The notes: generated by a model from the sequence alone, not told the origin. A stretch of 64,000 bases of DNA from an uncultured virus (IMG/VR IMGVR_UViG_3300007734_000756) (IMGVR_UViG_3300007734_000756); one strand, 5' to 3'; numbered from the stretch's first letter, positions 46,628-57,315 are shown. Translations and numbers: made by a program.

Positions 46628-48586
46628 TCACGGTTGCAGATAACCCACGAGCTTACCGTCACTTCCTAGCACTTCCCAGCCTTTGCCTTCCACTAGCTTG
46701 CCAACCGACGCCCCTCTTGGCGCCCCTTGGACTTTTGAAATATCAGGTTTTGCCGGTGCGCTTGGGGCTGTGGCCTGGCCACCCGGAGGGGCTGCCGCCT
46801 GCCCCGGAGAGATGACTTGCGCAGCCGCCTGTAGCTCGCGCGCCCGGTCAATAACAAGGCTCTGCCGAAATTCTGCTGCTTTTTTGCCCGTTGGATCTTC
46901 GCGCTGCAATTTCCGATATTCGCGCGATTCTGTTGACGCAAGCGACCCAAGGGTTTTGTCAACACTATCTTGCGCTTGATTGACGTACCGTTCTTCAATC
47001 CCGGCCATCTGTACGCGCTGGCCGGCCTGCGCAGTTCCGGCAGCAATCGCCGCCCTCTGCTCCGCAAACCCGTATCGCTTGAAGAACTCGTTGTAGCCTT
47101 CGTTGCGGATCACGTCGTCGGGGCGCTTATCGCCTTCGGATCGCTTCATGGCCAAATAGTTTTCCGCATATTTCGCGCCCAGCTGGCTGTCTTTGGCAAG
47201 CTCTCGACGCAACTCGCGGTCAAGATACTGGCCGTACAACTGTGCGCCGCCCTGGATGTCTTGCATACCCTCGGCTCGCTGTGCTCTCGATGATTCTGCG
47301 GCAGCCTTGAGTTCAGCCAATCGCTGAGCTTGCTGAGAGCGAACATCCTCTCCGTAGCCTTTGAGTGCTTCCTGAGCGCCCTGGCCGATGTTTGTCAAGC
47401 CGTAAGGGGAAGTTCCTCCCATGATGCCAAGGCCGGCCTGGAGCAAACGCATATACTTCTGCTGCTCCACATCTTTTGAAGACAGGGCGCCCTTCTTCAG
47501 TGCTTCTTGATAGGCGATCTCTTCTGCTGACGGCCGGCGCGATGCAGCGGTCATGCCTTGGAATTGCTTGATGAACTCCGCCAAGCTGGCCGGCCCTGCT
47601 CCGGGTTTGGGCGGCTCTACCTCGGAGCGTAGCTGCCTTAGGCCTGTCGGGCCTTCCACAAACGAATCTTCTTCGCCGTTGAATGCCACAATGCCGCCCT
47701 GTTCAAACGGCATTTGATAGCGCATCTGCGCTTGCGGCGCACCCCCGCGAGGGAAGTTAACGCCGGTCATCAAGCGCCCCTGACCCACGGGCACTTCGTA
47801 CCCAAGGTTGGCGCCCGTCACACGGGTTTGTTGTGGTGTTCGCAGTGCCCCCAACCCGGCGCTAACTCTCCCGGATCCCATGGGATACGATGCTTGGGCG
47901 CCTAGCTGATACGTTCCGCTTGGGCCGTCTAGGGATTTTGCTGCTTGCCCCGATAGCGTGAGATCGCCAAGTTGCGTGCCGTATTGCGCCACCAACATTT
48001 TGGCTAAATCCTGTCTCTGATCGTCAGAGATTTTGGCAACAGTAACGCCTAGAGAACCTTCGTCAACCCCCAGGCCGGCCATCAACACTTCAACATCTTT
48101 GCCGGTCGTTTTGTCGCGGGCCGCATTGGCAAACGCTCGCGCCAGTTCTTTTGATGGCATTTCCGACATCCCGCCTTCGGCAAACGCTACGATGCCACCA
48201 GCTTCAAAGTTCTGCCCTTGGAACATTTGCCCGGTTGGCAATCCCGCGACACCTTGCGGAGCTTGCTGTGGAGTTTGTTGCGGAGCTTGTTGCGGGGCTT
48301 GCTGTGGCGGCTGGCCTGGGGGCATCCCGCTTTCTGATTGAGCGTTGGCCTGCATGGCCTGCTCAATAACAGTTGGCATTGGGCGACCCTGTGTCTGAGC
48401 AGCAGCCTGGAGATTGGCCATTTCTTTGGCCATTCGGGCTTTTTCGCTAATGACCACCGGAACCATATCCGCCGGGATGTGGCCCATTTGGGCCAGGCGA
48501 ATGATCTCGTTCTGAGGCAGCGCGGCCAGCTGAGAAATGGATTGCTGGTTGGCCTTCTGGACTTTGATTGCGTCAAGAATGCTCAT
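46628..48586 (-). CDS. Internal virion/ejection protein with beta-barrel-like insert
   Basis: Q/A-rich helices, duplicated FExGGIVAF motif, amphipathic beta segment. Confidence 0.65.
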   Translation of the reverse strand: MSILDAIKVQKANQQSISQLAALPQNEIIRLAQMGHIPADMVPVVISEKARMAKEMANLQAAAQTQGRPMPTVIEQAMQANAQSESGMPPGQPPQQAPQQAPQQTPQQAPQGVAGLPTGQMFQGQNFEAGGIVAFAEGGMSEMPSKELARAFANAARDKTTGKDVEVLMAGLGVDEGSLGVTVAKISDDQRQDLAKMLVAQYGTQLGDLTLSGQAAKSLDGPSGTYQLGAQASYPMGSGRVSAGLGALRTPQQTRVTGANLGYEVPVGQGRLMTGVNFPRGGAPQAQMRYQMPFEQGGIVAFNGEEDSFVEGPTGLRQLRSEVEPPKPGAGPASLAEFIKQFQGMTAASRRPSAEEIAYQEALKKGALSSKDVEQQKYMRLLQAGLGIMGGTSPYGLTNIGQGAQEALKGYGEDVRSQQAQRLAELKAAAESSRAQRAEGMQDIQGGAQLYGQYLDRELRRELAKDSQLGAKYAENYLAMKRSEGDKRPDDVIRNEGYNEFFKRYGFAEQRAAIAAGTAQAGQRVQMAGIEERYVNQAQDSVDKTLGSLASTESREYRKLQREDPTGKKAAEFRQSLVIDRARELQAAAQVISPGQAAAPPGGQATAPSAPAKPDISKVQGAPRGASVGKLVEGKGWEVLGSDGKLVGYLQP

Positions 48587-48594
48587 GATCGGCC

Positions 48595-50169
48595 TTATCT
48601 ATTAAACAAGTTATACATACTCAGCCCAGATAACCCAAGGCCGGCTAGTTGTGATGCAAAACTCGGCGGCGGCGTGGTTTGCACAGACGTTTGCAGCGTA
48701 TCCCCTAATGGAACACCGCGCAAAATGTTTGCCATCTTTCCAAGCTGTTCTTCTGGGTAGCCAATATTTCGCAGGATGTCTTGATACTGTGCGTCGAGCT
48801 TCTGTTGCGCGTAAGCCCGCTCCAAGTCTCCATAGGCGCCGATTGTCTTGAGTCGATCCAAGTCCGCCGCTTGCTGCGCAACACCCAGCTGACCCGTCGT
48901 AGACGCCAAGGAGCCCAAGCCTTGTGCCGCCGCCAGCCTTTGTTGCTGCGCCTGAAGCGCCGCTTGTTGATTGGCCTGTTGCGCCGATAGGCTTTGCTGC
49001 GCCCCAAGTTGTTGAACCCCCAGCGCCGCTGACAGGTTCTGACGCGCAGCTTCTTGTAGCGCGGCTTGATTAAGCTGCTGTGCTTGCATTCCTTGCTGCG
49101 CACCCAATTGCTGCGTCTGAAGTTGGGCGGCCAAGTTCTGCTGACCCGCCGTCATGCCAGCCTGTTGATTGGCAAGGGCCACCTGCAACGCCTGTTGTGC
49201 GTTCAATCCTTGCGTCTGAAGCTCCGCCGCGAGGTTTTGCACATTGGCTTGTTGTTGCGCGTTAAGATTAGCAAGCGCGGTTTGAAGCCCGGTCTGCGTG
49301 CCCAATTGTTGAACGCCCAGTTGTGCAGCAAGGTTCTGTTGTTGCGCGCCCATCCTGGCTGCGCGATCCCGCTCAAACTGGCCCTGTGCGCTTTGATAAG
49401 CAGACGCTAGGCCTTGCGTCTGAATATCTCCAAGTTGTAACCCCAGCGCACGTTCGCGCTCCGTTCCCGCCAAGAGCGCGCCGGACGATCCAAGAGATCC
49501 TTTCCTTCCTGCGGAGAGGTTTCCGGCAAGCTGGGTGCGCTGCGCATCCTCAATTGCCTTGCGCTTGGCTACGTCCGTAACACCTTGCATATACGGATCC
49601 ATGTACCGCTGAGCAGCCTCTGCGCTAAATTGCTCAGGCGCGGCCATCTGAAACGTTGTCAGGTTTGGTTGGTAGCCCGTTTGCGCTGCATCCATCCGCG
49701 CGCCCCGAGCTTGCGGCGTATAGCCCGCATTCACCGCGTTCATGGCGTACTGTTGCAGCTGCGGCGCCGACACCATTGAAGTCGGAGACATCTGGAACGT
49801 CGTAAGCCCTGGAGCATTAACGTTCATGGCTGAGGCGTTCATCAGGTTGTTTAGACCTGTGGCAGCCTGACCGGCATAACCCGTCGCTGTTTGGAACTGC
49901 CCCGGAGTGGTCAACCCCAAGATGCCGGAACGTAGCGCCTGTTGCGCTGCCGTGCTAGAAATATCCGCAATCCGGCCTGAACCCATCATTCCTGCGGTTT
50001 GCAGCGGCTTGTAGTAATCCGCATACGTTTGGGAAAAAATGGATTGCGCGGTTGGCAGTAACCCAGGAACGTAATCCGCCTGTCCTTTCGTTCCTGTCCC
50101 AGTAAAGTAGGGCTCCAGAATCTCCGGGATGTTTTGCTGACCGCTAACGGTGGTGCTGGTGGTTGCCAT
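48595..50169 (-). CDS. Q/A-rich internal virion (DNA delivery) protein
   Basis: QQNLAAQL repeats, YMDPYMQ, hydrophobic Gly-rich C-terminus. Confidence 0.65.
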   Translation of the reverse strand: MATTSTTVSGQQNIPEILEPYFTGTGTKGQADYVPGLLPTAQSIFSQTYADYYKPLQTAGMMGSGRIADISSTAAQQALRSGILGLTTPGQFQTATGYAGQAATGLNNLMNASAMNVNAPGLTTFQMSPTSMVSAPQLQQYAMNAVNAGYTPQARGARMDAAQTGYQPNLTTFQMAAPEQFSAEAAQRYMDPYMQGVTDVAKRKAIEDAQRTQLAGNLSAGRKGSLGSSGALLAGTERERALGLQLGDIQTQGLASAYQSAQGQFERDRAARMGAQQQNLAAQLGVQQLGTQTGLQTALANLNAQQQANVQNLAAELQTQGLNAQQALQVALANQQAGMTAGQQNLAAQLQTQQLGAQQGMQAQQLNQAALQEAARQNLSAALGVQQLGAQQSLSAQQANQQAALQAQQQRLAAAQGLGSLASTTGQLGVAQQAADLDRLKTIGAYGDLERAYAQQKLDAQYQDILRNIGYPEEQLGKMANILRGVPLGDTLQTSVQTTPPPSFASQLAGLGLSGLSMYNLFNR

Positions 50170-50178
50170 GTCTATTCC

Positions 50179-51426
50179 TTACGCCGGCAAATACTTAGAA
50201 GGAGTGATTTCTTTGCCCTGCTCTTTGTTTCCCGTCCTGGCTTGGCGGATACGATCCATCATTGAATACAGTTGTTGTGCGCCCGCCTTGGTTGATCCGT
50301 TCCCAAGGTGAGAAACAACGTCAGCCGGGATGACAAACTCGCCGTCTGCCAGTCTTGCCGGTTGCGTGCCATCAATTGTCGCAGGGATGGAGTCACTCAT
50401 GCCGTCGCCTGGCCCATCAATGTATCGCGCCGTGCCGCCTTGTTTCATGCCATAGGGGTTGTTTTCGCTTTCCGGCGGCCCCTTCATAGAAATTGGCACT
50501 TCTCCGCCCATAGCGTATTGATACGGATTGGCTCGCATGGCCTCTACCGCACGTTGTTTGGCCGCTGCAATTCTCGCTTTTGCGGCCTGATACTGAGCTT
50601 CCGAAATCTGCTGCGCAGCTTTGGCTTGCTCAAGCTGCTGCTCTTGCTCCTCAAGGGACATTACCCCGGTGGCGCCAATCATGGTGCCGTAGGCTTTGCC
50701 CATGCCAAACTCTTTTCCAAACGCCGATGTGGCTGCTTCCCGCACCGCCTTGTCGCCCGACATCAGATTGCTGATGCCTTTCTTGGCGGCATCAAACTCC
50801 GCCGTCATAGGCCGCGTTGCCGCACCGGGGGTGGCCGCAGAAACCTCGGCGCTAGACGCAGCCGCGCTGCCGGCTTCAACGGGCGTGCCAAATGCGTCGT
50901 AACTTTGCCCAACCGGAGCTGCACCGCCTCCGGCTGCCTGTAAGCCTTCAAAGGCACTGCTTAGTCCGTATGAAGTCAGGCCTGCCATCAGCCCGCGCTT
51001 CAGGTTTGGCCGCCCTCCTGCGAGCGCCCCGACTGCGCCGCCTAGCAAGCCCCTGCCAAGTGGCGAGGCCAGCGCCCCAAGGCCAACACTCCCAAGTGCT
51101 GCGCCGGGGATAAATGGGACGATGTACTGAGCGTTTTTACCAAGCGTATTGATCGCGCCGGATGCAGAGTCATACAGGTTCCCCAATCCAGCTGATTTCA
51201 TCCCTCGTTCAATTGGGTCTGTGTAAGTGTTGATGTTAAACAGACTTCTGAGATTGAATGCTTCAGGTAGTCCTGTTACCGGGTTTTGAGTCATGGGCGC
51301 GCCCGCCGCTTGCCCCATGCGCTGCATGGCCGACACTTCGTCGGGCCTCATGTGAACCAGCATAGAGTCGCCGCCGCGACCCTGAGCCGCTAGTTGTTGC
51401 GCACGAATTTGAGCCATGGATTGCAT
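50179..51426 (-). CDS. Internal virion protein with GPGDGMSDSIPA...DGEFV domain
   Basis: GRGGDSMLVH and NPVTGLPEAF N-terminus; YAMGG and MKQGG; conserved C-terminal domain. Confidence 0.7.
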   Translation of the reverse strand: MQSMAQIRAQQLAAQGRGGDSMLVHMRPDEVSAMQRMGQAAGAPMTQNPVTGLPEAFNLRSLFNINTYTDPIERGMKSAGLGNLYDSASGAINTLGKNAQYIVPFIPGAALGSVGLGALASPLGRGLLGGAVGALAGGRPNLKRGLMAGLTSYGLSSAFEGLQAAGGGAAPVGQSYDAFGTPVEAGSAAASSAEVSAATPGAATRPMTAEFDAAKKGISNLMSGDKAVREAATSAFGKEFGMGKAYGTMIGATGVMSLEEQEQQLEQAKAAQQISEAQYQAAKARIAAAKQRAVEAMRANPYQYAMGGEVPISMKGPPESENNPYGMKQGGTARYIDGPGDGMSDSIPATIDGTQPARLADGEFVIPADVVSHLGNGSTKAGAQQLYSMMDRIRQARTGNKEQGKEITPSKYLPA

Positions 51427-51427
51427 A

Positions 51428-54400
51428 TCACGCTACTCCTACCATCTGTTGGAGAATGGCAAGCTGATTTGGGGTGAGTTTATTAATGTCAACCGTTTGT
51501 GGGGCGCCCAACGTCTTTGCCAGATACCCAAGTCCTTGAGAGCCTGGCGCTTGACCTGACAGCAGTGCTCCAAATTCTCTAGTGAAATCCTCGGGCGCCG
51601 CAGCTTCGGGTGGCTTATAAAGCTCTTGCGGGCCGTATATTTGTGATGCCGCGCTAAATGTTGGCGTCAAAGTGGAAGTGTCTCGTTCGGGCGCCGCGCC
51701 ATAAGTGTACGTCTTCTTTGGCGGGGGCTCTGGGTCTACTTCCCTTGGGGCTTCGTCACCACCTAACAGTGCTGTGCCGCCCAACAGAACGCCCGCCGTC
51801 AACAAAGGATTGGACGTTGCAAACTCCAGCACCCCCTCACCAAGATCCTTCAAGGAGTCGGAGAGGGGCTTGTCCTTAACTGCCTCATACGGGGTTGTGC
51901 GGTCTTCAATTGGCGCGCCATCTCCGGGCGGCATATCTCCCCCCAATGGGTCGTTCACCCCTAACGCATTCACGGGTGGCAAATCCCCGCCCAAAGGATC
52001 ATTGACCCCGAGCGGATCAACCGGTGGCATATCTCCCCCCAAGGGATCATTTACGCCACTGGCGCCATCTCCGCCGCCCACGGCGTCGCCAACACCGTAA
52101 TCGTCGCGGACGCCAAACCCGCCGCCGTCACCCAGGTCGCCCGCGCCGGCCCCGCCGCCCGTGCCGTCGCCAAACACTCCTTCAGTGGCGTCTGTTGCGG
52201 TAATTGTCCCATCAGCCTTGACTGTAAGTGTCGAGCCATCGGGGAACTCCTGCGTAAACGTCCCGTCGCCAGGTAAATCGCCGCCGAAAGGATCGTTGTC
52301 ACCAACACCAGCAGCAGGCGTACCAGGATCGTATGGGCGATTGGGGTCGTACACATTGGTTCGGTCAATCCGCACGCCGTCAGCATCTATTGGTTCCGTG
52401 ACTTTGGTGCCGGCGTCAAACGGGCGGTCGGGATCTAACGTCACGTCCCGATTAATCTTCACGCCATCAGCGTCTATCGTTCCTGTTGCCTTGGCATCAG
52501 GCAGCTCGGCATCTAGCGTCACCTCTCGGTTGATTGGCACGCTATCCGCGCCAAGGTCTTTGGCCAGATCATCTAGCCCAAGATCGCCAATTGCTGCATC
52601 AACACCTGTTGGCGGGGTGCCTGGTTGGAGCGCATCCGCTGATACCGCAGCCAAGTTGTCGATGTCGTCTACAAAACCCAGCCCGTCCGCCGGCACAACC
52701 GATAGGTTGCCCACTGGATCTGACACCAGCAACGTGCCGTCGCCAAGATTGGCAACCACATTTTCTGCGCCAACAGACGCAAGCGTATCGGGAGCGGCTT
52801 GGAGATTTTGTAGATACTCCGGCACGGGACTAAAGCCCGGTATTGCAAACGGGTCTGCCCCTTGGAGCCCACCTCCTGCTGGGAACCCCTGTCCTGCCTG
52901 GAATTCAAACCCCGGTGTCGCAGCTGTTGGGAAGTTGTAAAGCGGACGCGGGAACGCCTCGGCAGACGGCAGTCCTTGTATCCCTTGAGGCACTCCAGAC
53001 GGCATAGGCCCAGCAGACGCAAAAATGGGCTCAATGGCATCTGCTGCCACAAATGCCGCATTACCCGACAGATCGGCAATGTCGGACAAACCCGTTTGTA
53101 ACTTAGCGGTCAGGTCTGGGATGTTGTTTAGCTGGGCCAGTGCGTCATTTGCGCCCACGGATAAATTGTTACTAATCGAACCGCCCATCGTCGGGTCTGC
53201 TAGGAAGTCCGTCACTTGCTCAGGAGTTAGCCCCGCAGCTGCGGCGCCTTGCAGATCGCCCGTAGTAATTGCAGCGTCTTGTCCACTAAACAGTTCGGCT
53301 CCCGCATACGCCATGGCCGCCGAGAGCAGCCCTTTTTCTACATCACCTTCATTTACGGCAGTTTGGATAACAAACGTACCAATCGCTCCCGCTACGGCTG
53401 GCGTAACAGCAACCCCCACCGCACCCGCAATCGCAGAGCCGATAGCTTGACCAACGCCGGGAAACATAAGCGATGCGATGCCCATGCCGGCAGCCAACAT
53501 ATTTGGCGAAATGTTTGAGCTCGATGGCCCCGGCGAAGAGCTAAACACCGGCACCCCGTTGACCATCGAGATGTTTAGATTGGTGTTACCGCCCGCAAAC
53601 GATCCGCCAAACGTATAAGAGTCTGGAAACTTTCCCGACTCATCGGCCTGAACGGCTGTGCGCGCACCAATATAACTGGCGTCGTGGCCTTGTTTTAACT
53701 GCTCGCCTGTACGCTTGTTGTATAAAACCTTTTCTTCTGGCCCGATGCGCTCGTATGGCAACAACACCGGGAATGAATCAATCTCTGCATTGCCATAACC
53801 AGTAGCCAAGTTCCAGTAGTCTTTGCCAGCCCCACTTAGTTTAGAAGGATCAACCCCCTCGGCGTTTGTGTAGTAATACTGCTTTCCATTGACATCAACA
53901 ATAGAGTTGGCACTCTGTCCCTGATAGCCGCCAGAGTTATACCAGTTGGCAAAATCTGTCAGTGCTTGGTTTTTGTCGGCTTTTGTGTTGATTGCTAAGC
54001 CGCGCTGTGTTTTTTCACCAATTTCACTAATATCTCTAATGCCGCTGCGAGTCAGTAAGTCCGCCATGTATTGGGTGGCGGTATCAATGCCACCCATTGC
54101 GCCTATGGCGCCTTGATAATACTTTTCCGTACCAAGGTTTTGTCTTTGATCGGCAATCTGCTGGGCTAGTTTGTTTTGGTAATAACCTTTGTCAAGCGTC
54201 CCAGCAAAATCAAAATTACCGTTTTTTAGCTTCTGAAAGTCCGACTCTATCTGGCTGTTACTTTTTCCTGAACTTTGCACCAAAGACAAAAAGTTGCGAA
54301 ACCCTGCGCGCTCGTCTTGCGATGGCTTCGACCCGGCAAAGTAGTTTTCTTCTAACTGCTGAGCAAATGGTTTCTGGGGCGTCGTGGGGCCGGTTGGAAT

Positions 54401-54436
54401 TGGCGGCCCATAAGCGCCGGGTGCGAGGGTTGCCAT
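51428..54436 (-). CDS. Large acidic repeat-containing virion protein
   Basis: 1002 aa; hydrophobic Gly/Ala stretch; D-rich repeats. Confidence 0.6.
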   Translation of the reverse strand: MATLAPGAYGPPIPTGPTTPQKPFAQQLEENYFAGSKPSQDERAGFRNFLSLVQSSGKSNSQIESDFQKLKNGNFDFAGTLDKGYYQNKLAQQIADQRQNLGTEKYYQGAIGAMGGIDTATQYMADLLTRSGIRDISEIGEKTQRGLAINTKADKNQALTDFANWYNSGGYQGQSANSIVDVNGKQYYYTNAEGVDPSKLSGAGKDYWNLATGYGNAEIDSFPVLLPYERIGPEEKVLYNKRTGEQLKQGHDASYIGARTAVQADESGKFPDSYTFGGSFAGGNTNLNISMVNGVPVFSSSPGPSSSNISPNMLAAGMGIASLMFPGVGQAIGSAIAGAVGVAVTPAVAGAIGTFVIQTAVNEGDVEKGLLSAAMAYAGAELFSGQDAAITTGDLQGAAAAGLTPEQVTDFLADPTMGGSISNNLSVGANDALAQLNNIPDLTAKLQTGLSDIADLSGNAAFVAADAIEPIFASAGPMPSGVPQGIQGLPSAEAFPRPLYNFPTAATPGFEFQAGQGFPAGGGLQGADPFAIPGFSPVPEYLQNLQAAPDTLASVGAENVVANLGDGTLLVSDPVGNLSVVPADGLGFVDDIDNLAAVSADALQPGTPPTGVDAAIGDLGLDDLAKDLGADSVPINREVTLDAELPDAKATGTIDADGVKINRDVTLDPDRPFDAGTKVTEPIDADGVRIDRTNVYDPNRPYDPGTPAAGVGDNDPFGGDLPGDGTFTQEFPDGSTLTVKADGTITATDATEGVFGDGTGGGAGAGDLGDGGGFGVRDDYGVGDAVGGGDGASGVNDPLGGDMPPVDPLGVNDPLGGDLPPVNALGVNDPLGGDMPPGDGAPIEDRTTPYEAVKDKPLSDSLKDLGEGVLEFATSNPLLTAGVLLGGTALLGGDEAPREVDPEPPPKKTYTYGAAPERDTSTLTPTFSAASQIYGPQELYKPPEAAAPEDFTREFGALLSGQAPGSQGLGYLAKTLGAPQTVDINKLTPNQLAILQQMVGVA

Positions 54437-54446
54437 CTTTTACTCT

Positions 54447-55205
54447 CTATGAAATTGATACCGTAACCGTGCCAACGTATCCCGATGCGTAAACGCCGGA
54501 GACATTTGGCTCGGGCAACGCAGACACAAAGATGATTGACCCTCTGGCTGATGGTATCGCCGGCCTTGCGTAAGGGGTTGTTTGTGCTACTTGATGATGC
54601 AGATACACCCCCGTTGTGCCGCCGCTTGTTGCCGCCTGGTCGGTTGCCCAATACAGCTCAATCTCATCATTGGCGTTAATTGGAAATACTACCTCTGAGT
54701 ATGCGCTGACGTAACTCGGGTTGCCAGCGCTTTTCCTGGCGGGAACCGTATACGCTGTGGTCGAGTTACCAATATCAATCCCATTGATGCGCAACCAAAA
54801 GAACGCATCATGAACCGTATTGTTGTTATTAGCTAATTGCAGCTCATAAGTAATTTTATAGATACCCGCGTACTGGGCAGTTGCGGATCCCGGAGCGTTA
54901 AGCGCCCACCCAGATTGCGACCTAAGCGTGTTCCAGTTGACTAGCGTTGACGTGTTATTTCCGGTTGCGTACTGTTCTGTGCTATCGGACGCAGCAACGT
55001 GCGGGAACTGTATTCCGTAGCCTTCGCCACTAAACAAACCGCCCGTAAAGTTGGTAGCAATAACCTGATCCCACTGGCTTGGTGTTGTGGAATCCAGTTG
55101 ATTAAAGTACAGCCCCAGCGCACGAATAAGCTGCGAGAAATAGTCTTGCTTGTAGTCCGGGCCGGCAATTGGCAGCGGTGGCGCGCGGAACTTGAGCATT
55201 GCCAT
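54447..55205 (-). CDS. Tail-associated structural protein
   Basis: APPLP..Y...IRALGLYFNQLD N-terminus with beta-sandwich-like C-terminus. Confidence 0.6.
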   Translation of the reverse strand: MAMLKFRAPPLPIAGPDYKQDYFSQLIRALGLYFNQLDSTTPSQWDQVIATNFTGGLFSGEGYGIQFPHVAASDSTEQYATGNNTSTLVNWNTLRSQSGWALNAPGSATAQYAGIYKITYELQLANNNNTVHDAFFWLRINGIDIGNSTTAYTVPARKSAGNPSYVSAYSEVVFPINANDEIELYWATDQAATSGGTTGVYLHHQVAQTTPYARPAIPSARGSIIFVSALPEPNVSGVYASGYVGTVTVSIS

Positions 55206-55208
55206 GCG

Positions 55209-57131
55209 CTATCTCCTGCCGTCTGTCCGTGCGTCCAAACGGGGGGAGCCCAGCTGCCAATTCACGCCAAGCTGCGATGAGATTACTTTGAGCGCCATCT
55301 GTCTCGCCCTGGCGCGCACCCAGATTTGATCGGTGTAAACATCAACCGACGACTCCACAACGGATTGCGTATCAAAACTATCTGACGCATACGTTGAGCC
55401 GGGGAAGTTGCGCGGCTTGACCATAAAATTCAGCGCCGGGGTATTAGCCGTCGATCCCTCAAAGTTGACATCCGGGATGATGCGGCGCGTCAACATAAAC
55501 TGATCACCGTCCTGCAAATCAAAGTCGGATGACTGGATATACGCCTCCATCGGCGCCCCATCGGCATCCACCCCGCGCTCATGATCCAAAAGAATGTTGT
55601 CGTATCCCACCGCTTGCGGATAGGGGCGAAGGGGGCTATCGAGCCACGCTGTTCGCGCCAGGCTTCCATAAAACCAAATCCGCTCTAGGTAGTTGTAGAC
55701 CACATACGAATCAATCTGCTCGGATTCTTCGCTGGGGTAAAACCACCACACTTCGTGAAACGCTTCGTTGGTTCCCGCAATAACCTGATCTTTCTGGTTG
55801 TAGTTCAGGTTGTTGAACACATGATTTCTTAGGGTGCATGGCAGCGTTTCCACCGTTCCAGTAAACCCATAGAACTTATCCGTGCCCATCCAATACGTCA
55901 CGTTGTTGGCAGAAATGACTGCCCTTGGCCCCATGAGCGAGATATTGTCTGCCAGTTCTTGCAAGTTGAACACTTCAGTAGTGCCGGTGTACTGAAGGGA
56001 AAACAGGTGCGAGTTTGTATACACAAGAATGGTTTGCCGGGTGGGTAGTGCGCGCACAATCTGCGACCCCCGCGACACCCGAATGAATCCGGCGCTACTA
56101 AGATTCCCTGTGGAGGGCACCACTACGGTTCCCGGCGTCCAAAACTCTGGCGCGTCCTGAGCGGCCCAGCGGATCAGCAGCGGATCAAAGTCCGCTGTCG
56201 ATGTGGATCCAAACGGCACACACCCAAACGCCAACAGGTGCTTGTCGTTCTGCGATACAAGAATCTGCATGGCTTCTGTTGGCACATCCGCCGCCCCGGC
56301 CAAAGAGGACAGAAGCACCGCCCGCGTAGCGAGTTTGACATCAATGTCCGCCTCTGCGCCCCTGACCCAGTAGTAGATGGCACCATTCCTGATGTTCATC
56401 ACTAGGTCGTTGTCAAAGTTGTCAAACCACCAATCTCGCTGCTGCAACACCACCGGCGACGATGCCCCTAGTCCCCACGGAGATGACCCCCAGCCGCCTG
56501 CACCCCAGCCGTAGCCATACGTTGTTACATCAAATCCAATTGGTATTTGATACGCCCCAACAGTGGCCGCCCCGCCCGAACCCGAGTCCGATGCGTTGCT
56601 TGTTACCGGCAGCCCGGTTGTCGGGCTCTTGGCGATGATTTTGTAGGTGTTAGCCGTTAACGATTGGTAGACTTGATACTCTTGGTTCAGCACGGCCGCC
56701 GTAATGTTGCCGCCTAGGCTCGCGGCACCGCTGAAGGTTACAAAGTCCCCCGCATCCACGTTTGCGTTGGTATCTGTAACCGTAATCTCTGAGCTAAACG
56801 GCGAGGTTGTTACCGCCGCAAATGTAACCGCTCCGGCAGCTGTCGTTTCGCGCAACGGCGTGATGTCATAGAACTGCGAGCCGGCGTTGATGTAGACCTT
56901 TTTGCTCGTCCCCAGTGCTACGAAGTTGTCGCCAAAACTGGTGATGTAGCCAAACATCTGGCGGCACACGCCAAAGAATGTCTCGGACGTAGAACGCAGC
57001 CACCCGCCAAGTTTTTGCGGGAAACCAGACCGAAACCGGATTTTGTCGCAAGCAAACCATCCGCCTTCGTTGGTGTAGTTGGTCTGATCGCGGTTTACCC
57101 CCGCGCGGAACTGGAGCTTGATGAAAGCCAT
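55209..57131 (-). CDS. Tail nozzle / tubular protein B-like
   Basis: KIRFRSGFPQKLGGW, LIRWAAQD, EVWWFYPS, ends DGRR; beta-propeller-like. Confidence 0.65.
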   Translation of the reverse strand: MAFIKLQFRAGVNRDQTNYTNEGGWFACDKIRFRSGFPQKLGGWLRSTSETFFGVCRQMFGYITSFGDNFVALGTSKKVYINAGSQFYDITPLRETTAAGAVTFAAVTTSPFSSEITVTDTNANVDAGDFVTFSGAASLGGNITAAVLNQEYQVYQSLTANTYKIIAKSPTTGLPVTSNASDSGSGGAATVGAYQIPIGFDVTTYGYGWGAGGWGSSPWGLGASSPVVLQQRDWWFDNFDNDLVMNIRNGAIYYWVRGAEADIDVKLATRAVLLSSLAGAADVPTEAMQILVSQNDKHLLAFGCVPFGSTSTADFDPLLIRWAAQDAPEFWTPGTVVVPSTGNLSSAGFIRVSRGSQIVRALPTRQTILVYTNSHLFSLQYTGTTEVFNLQELADNISLMGPRAVISANNVTYWMGTDKFYGFTGTVETLPCTLRNHVFNNLNYNQKDQVIAGTNEAFHEVWWFYPSEESEQIDSYVVYNYLERIWFYGSLARTAWLDSPLRPYPQAVGYDNILLDHERGVDADGAPMEAYIQSSDFDLQDGDQFMLTRRIIPDVNFEGSTANTPALNFMVKPRNFPGSTYASDSFDTQSVVESSVDVYTDQIWVRARARQMALKVISSQLGVNWQLGSPRLDARTDGRR

Positions 57132-57132
57132 G

Positions 57133-57306
57133 TTATCTGAGCTTCTTCAAGGTTTGAGCAAGCCTGGCGCGCTGTCCAAGTTTTCCAGGTTTCTTGGCCG
57201 CCGCCGCAAGTTTATTGGCGGGGATCGTTTGGCCCTTTTTGACCCCGAGCGATTTTCGCAAGGCGCCCGGTTTCTTGATAGCTGACTGGATCCATTTTTC
57301 GGCCAT
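57133..57306 (-). CDS. 57-aa basic protein
   Basis: MAEKWIQSAIKKPGALRKSLG...RARLAQTLKKLR; AGGAG RBS. Confidence 0.75.
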   Translation of the reverse strand: MAEKWIQSAIKKPGALRKSLGVKKGQTIPANKLAAAAKKPGKLGQRARLAQTLKKLR

Positions 57307-57315
57307 GATGCACTC

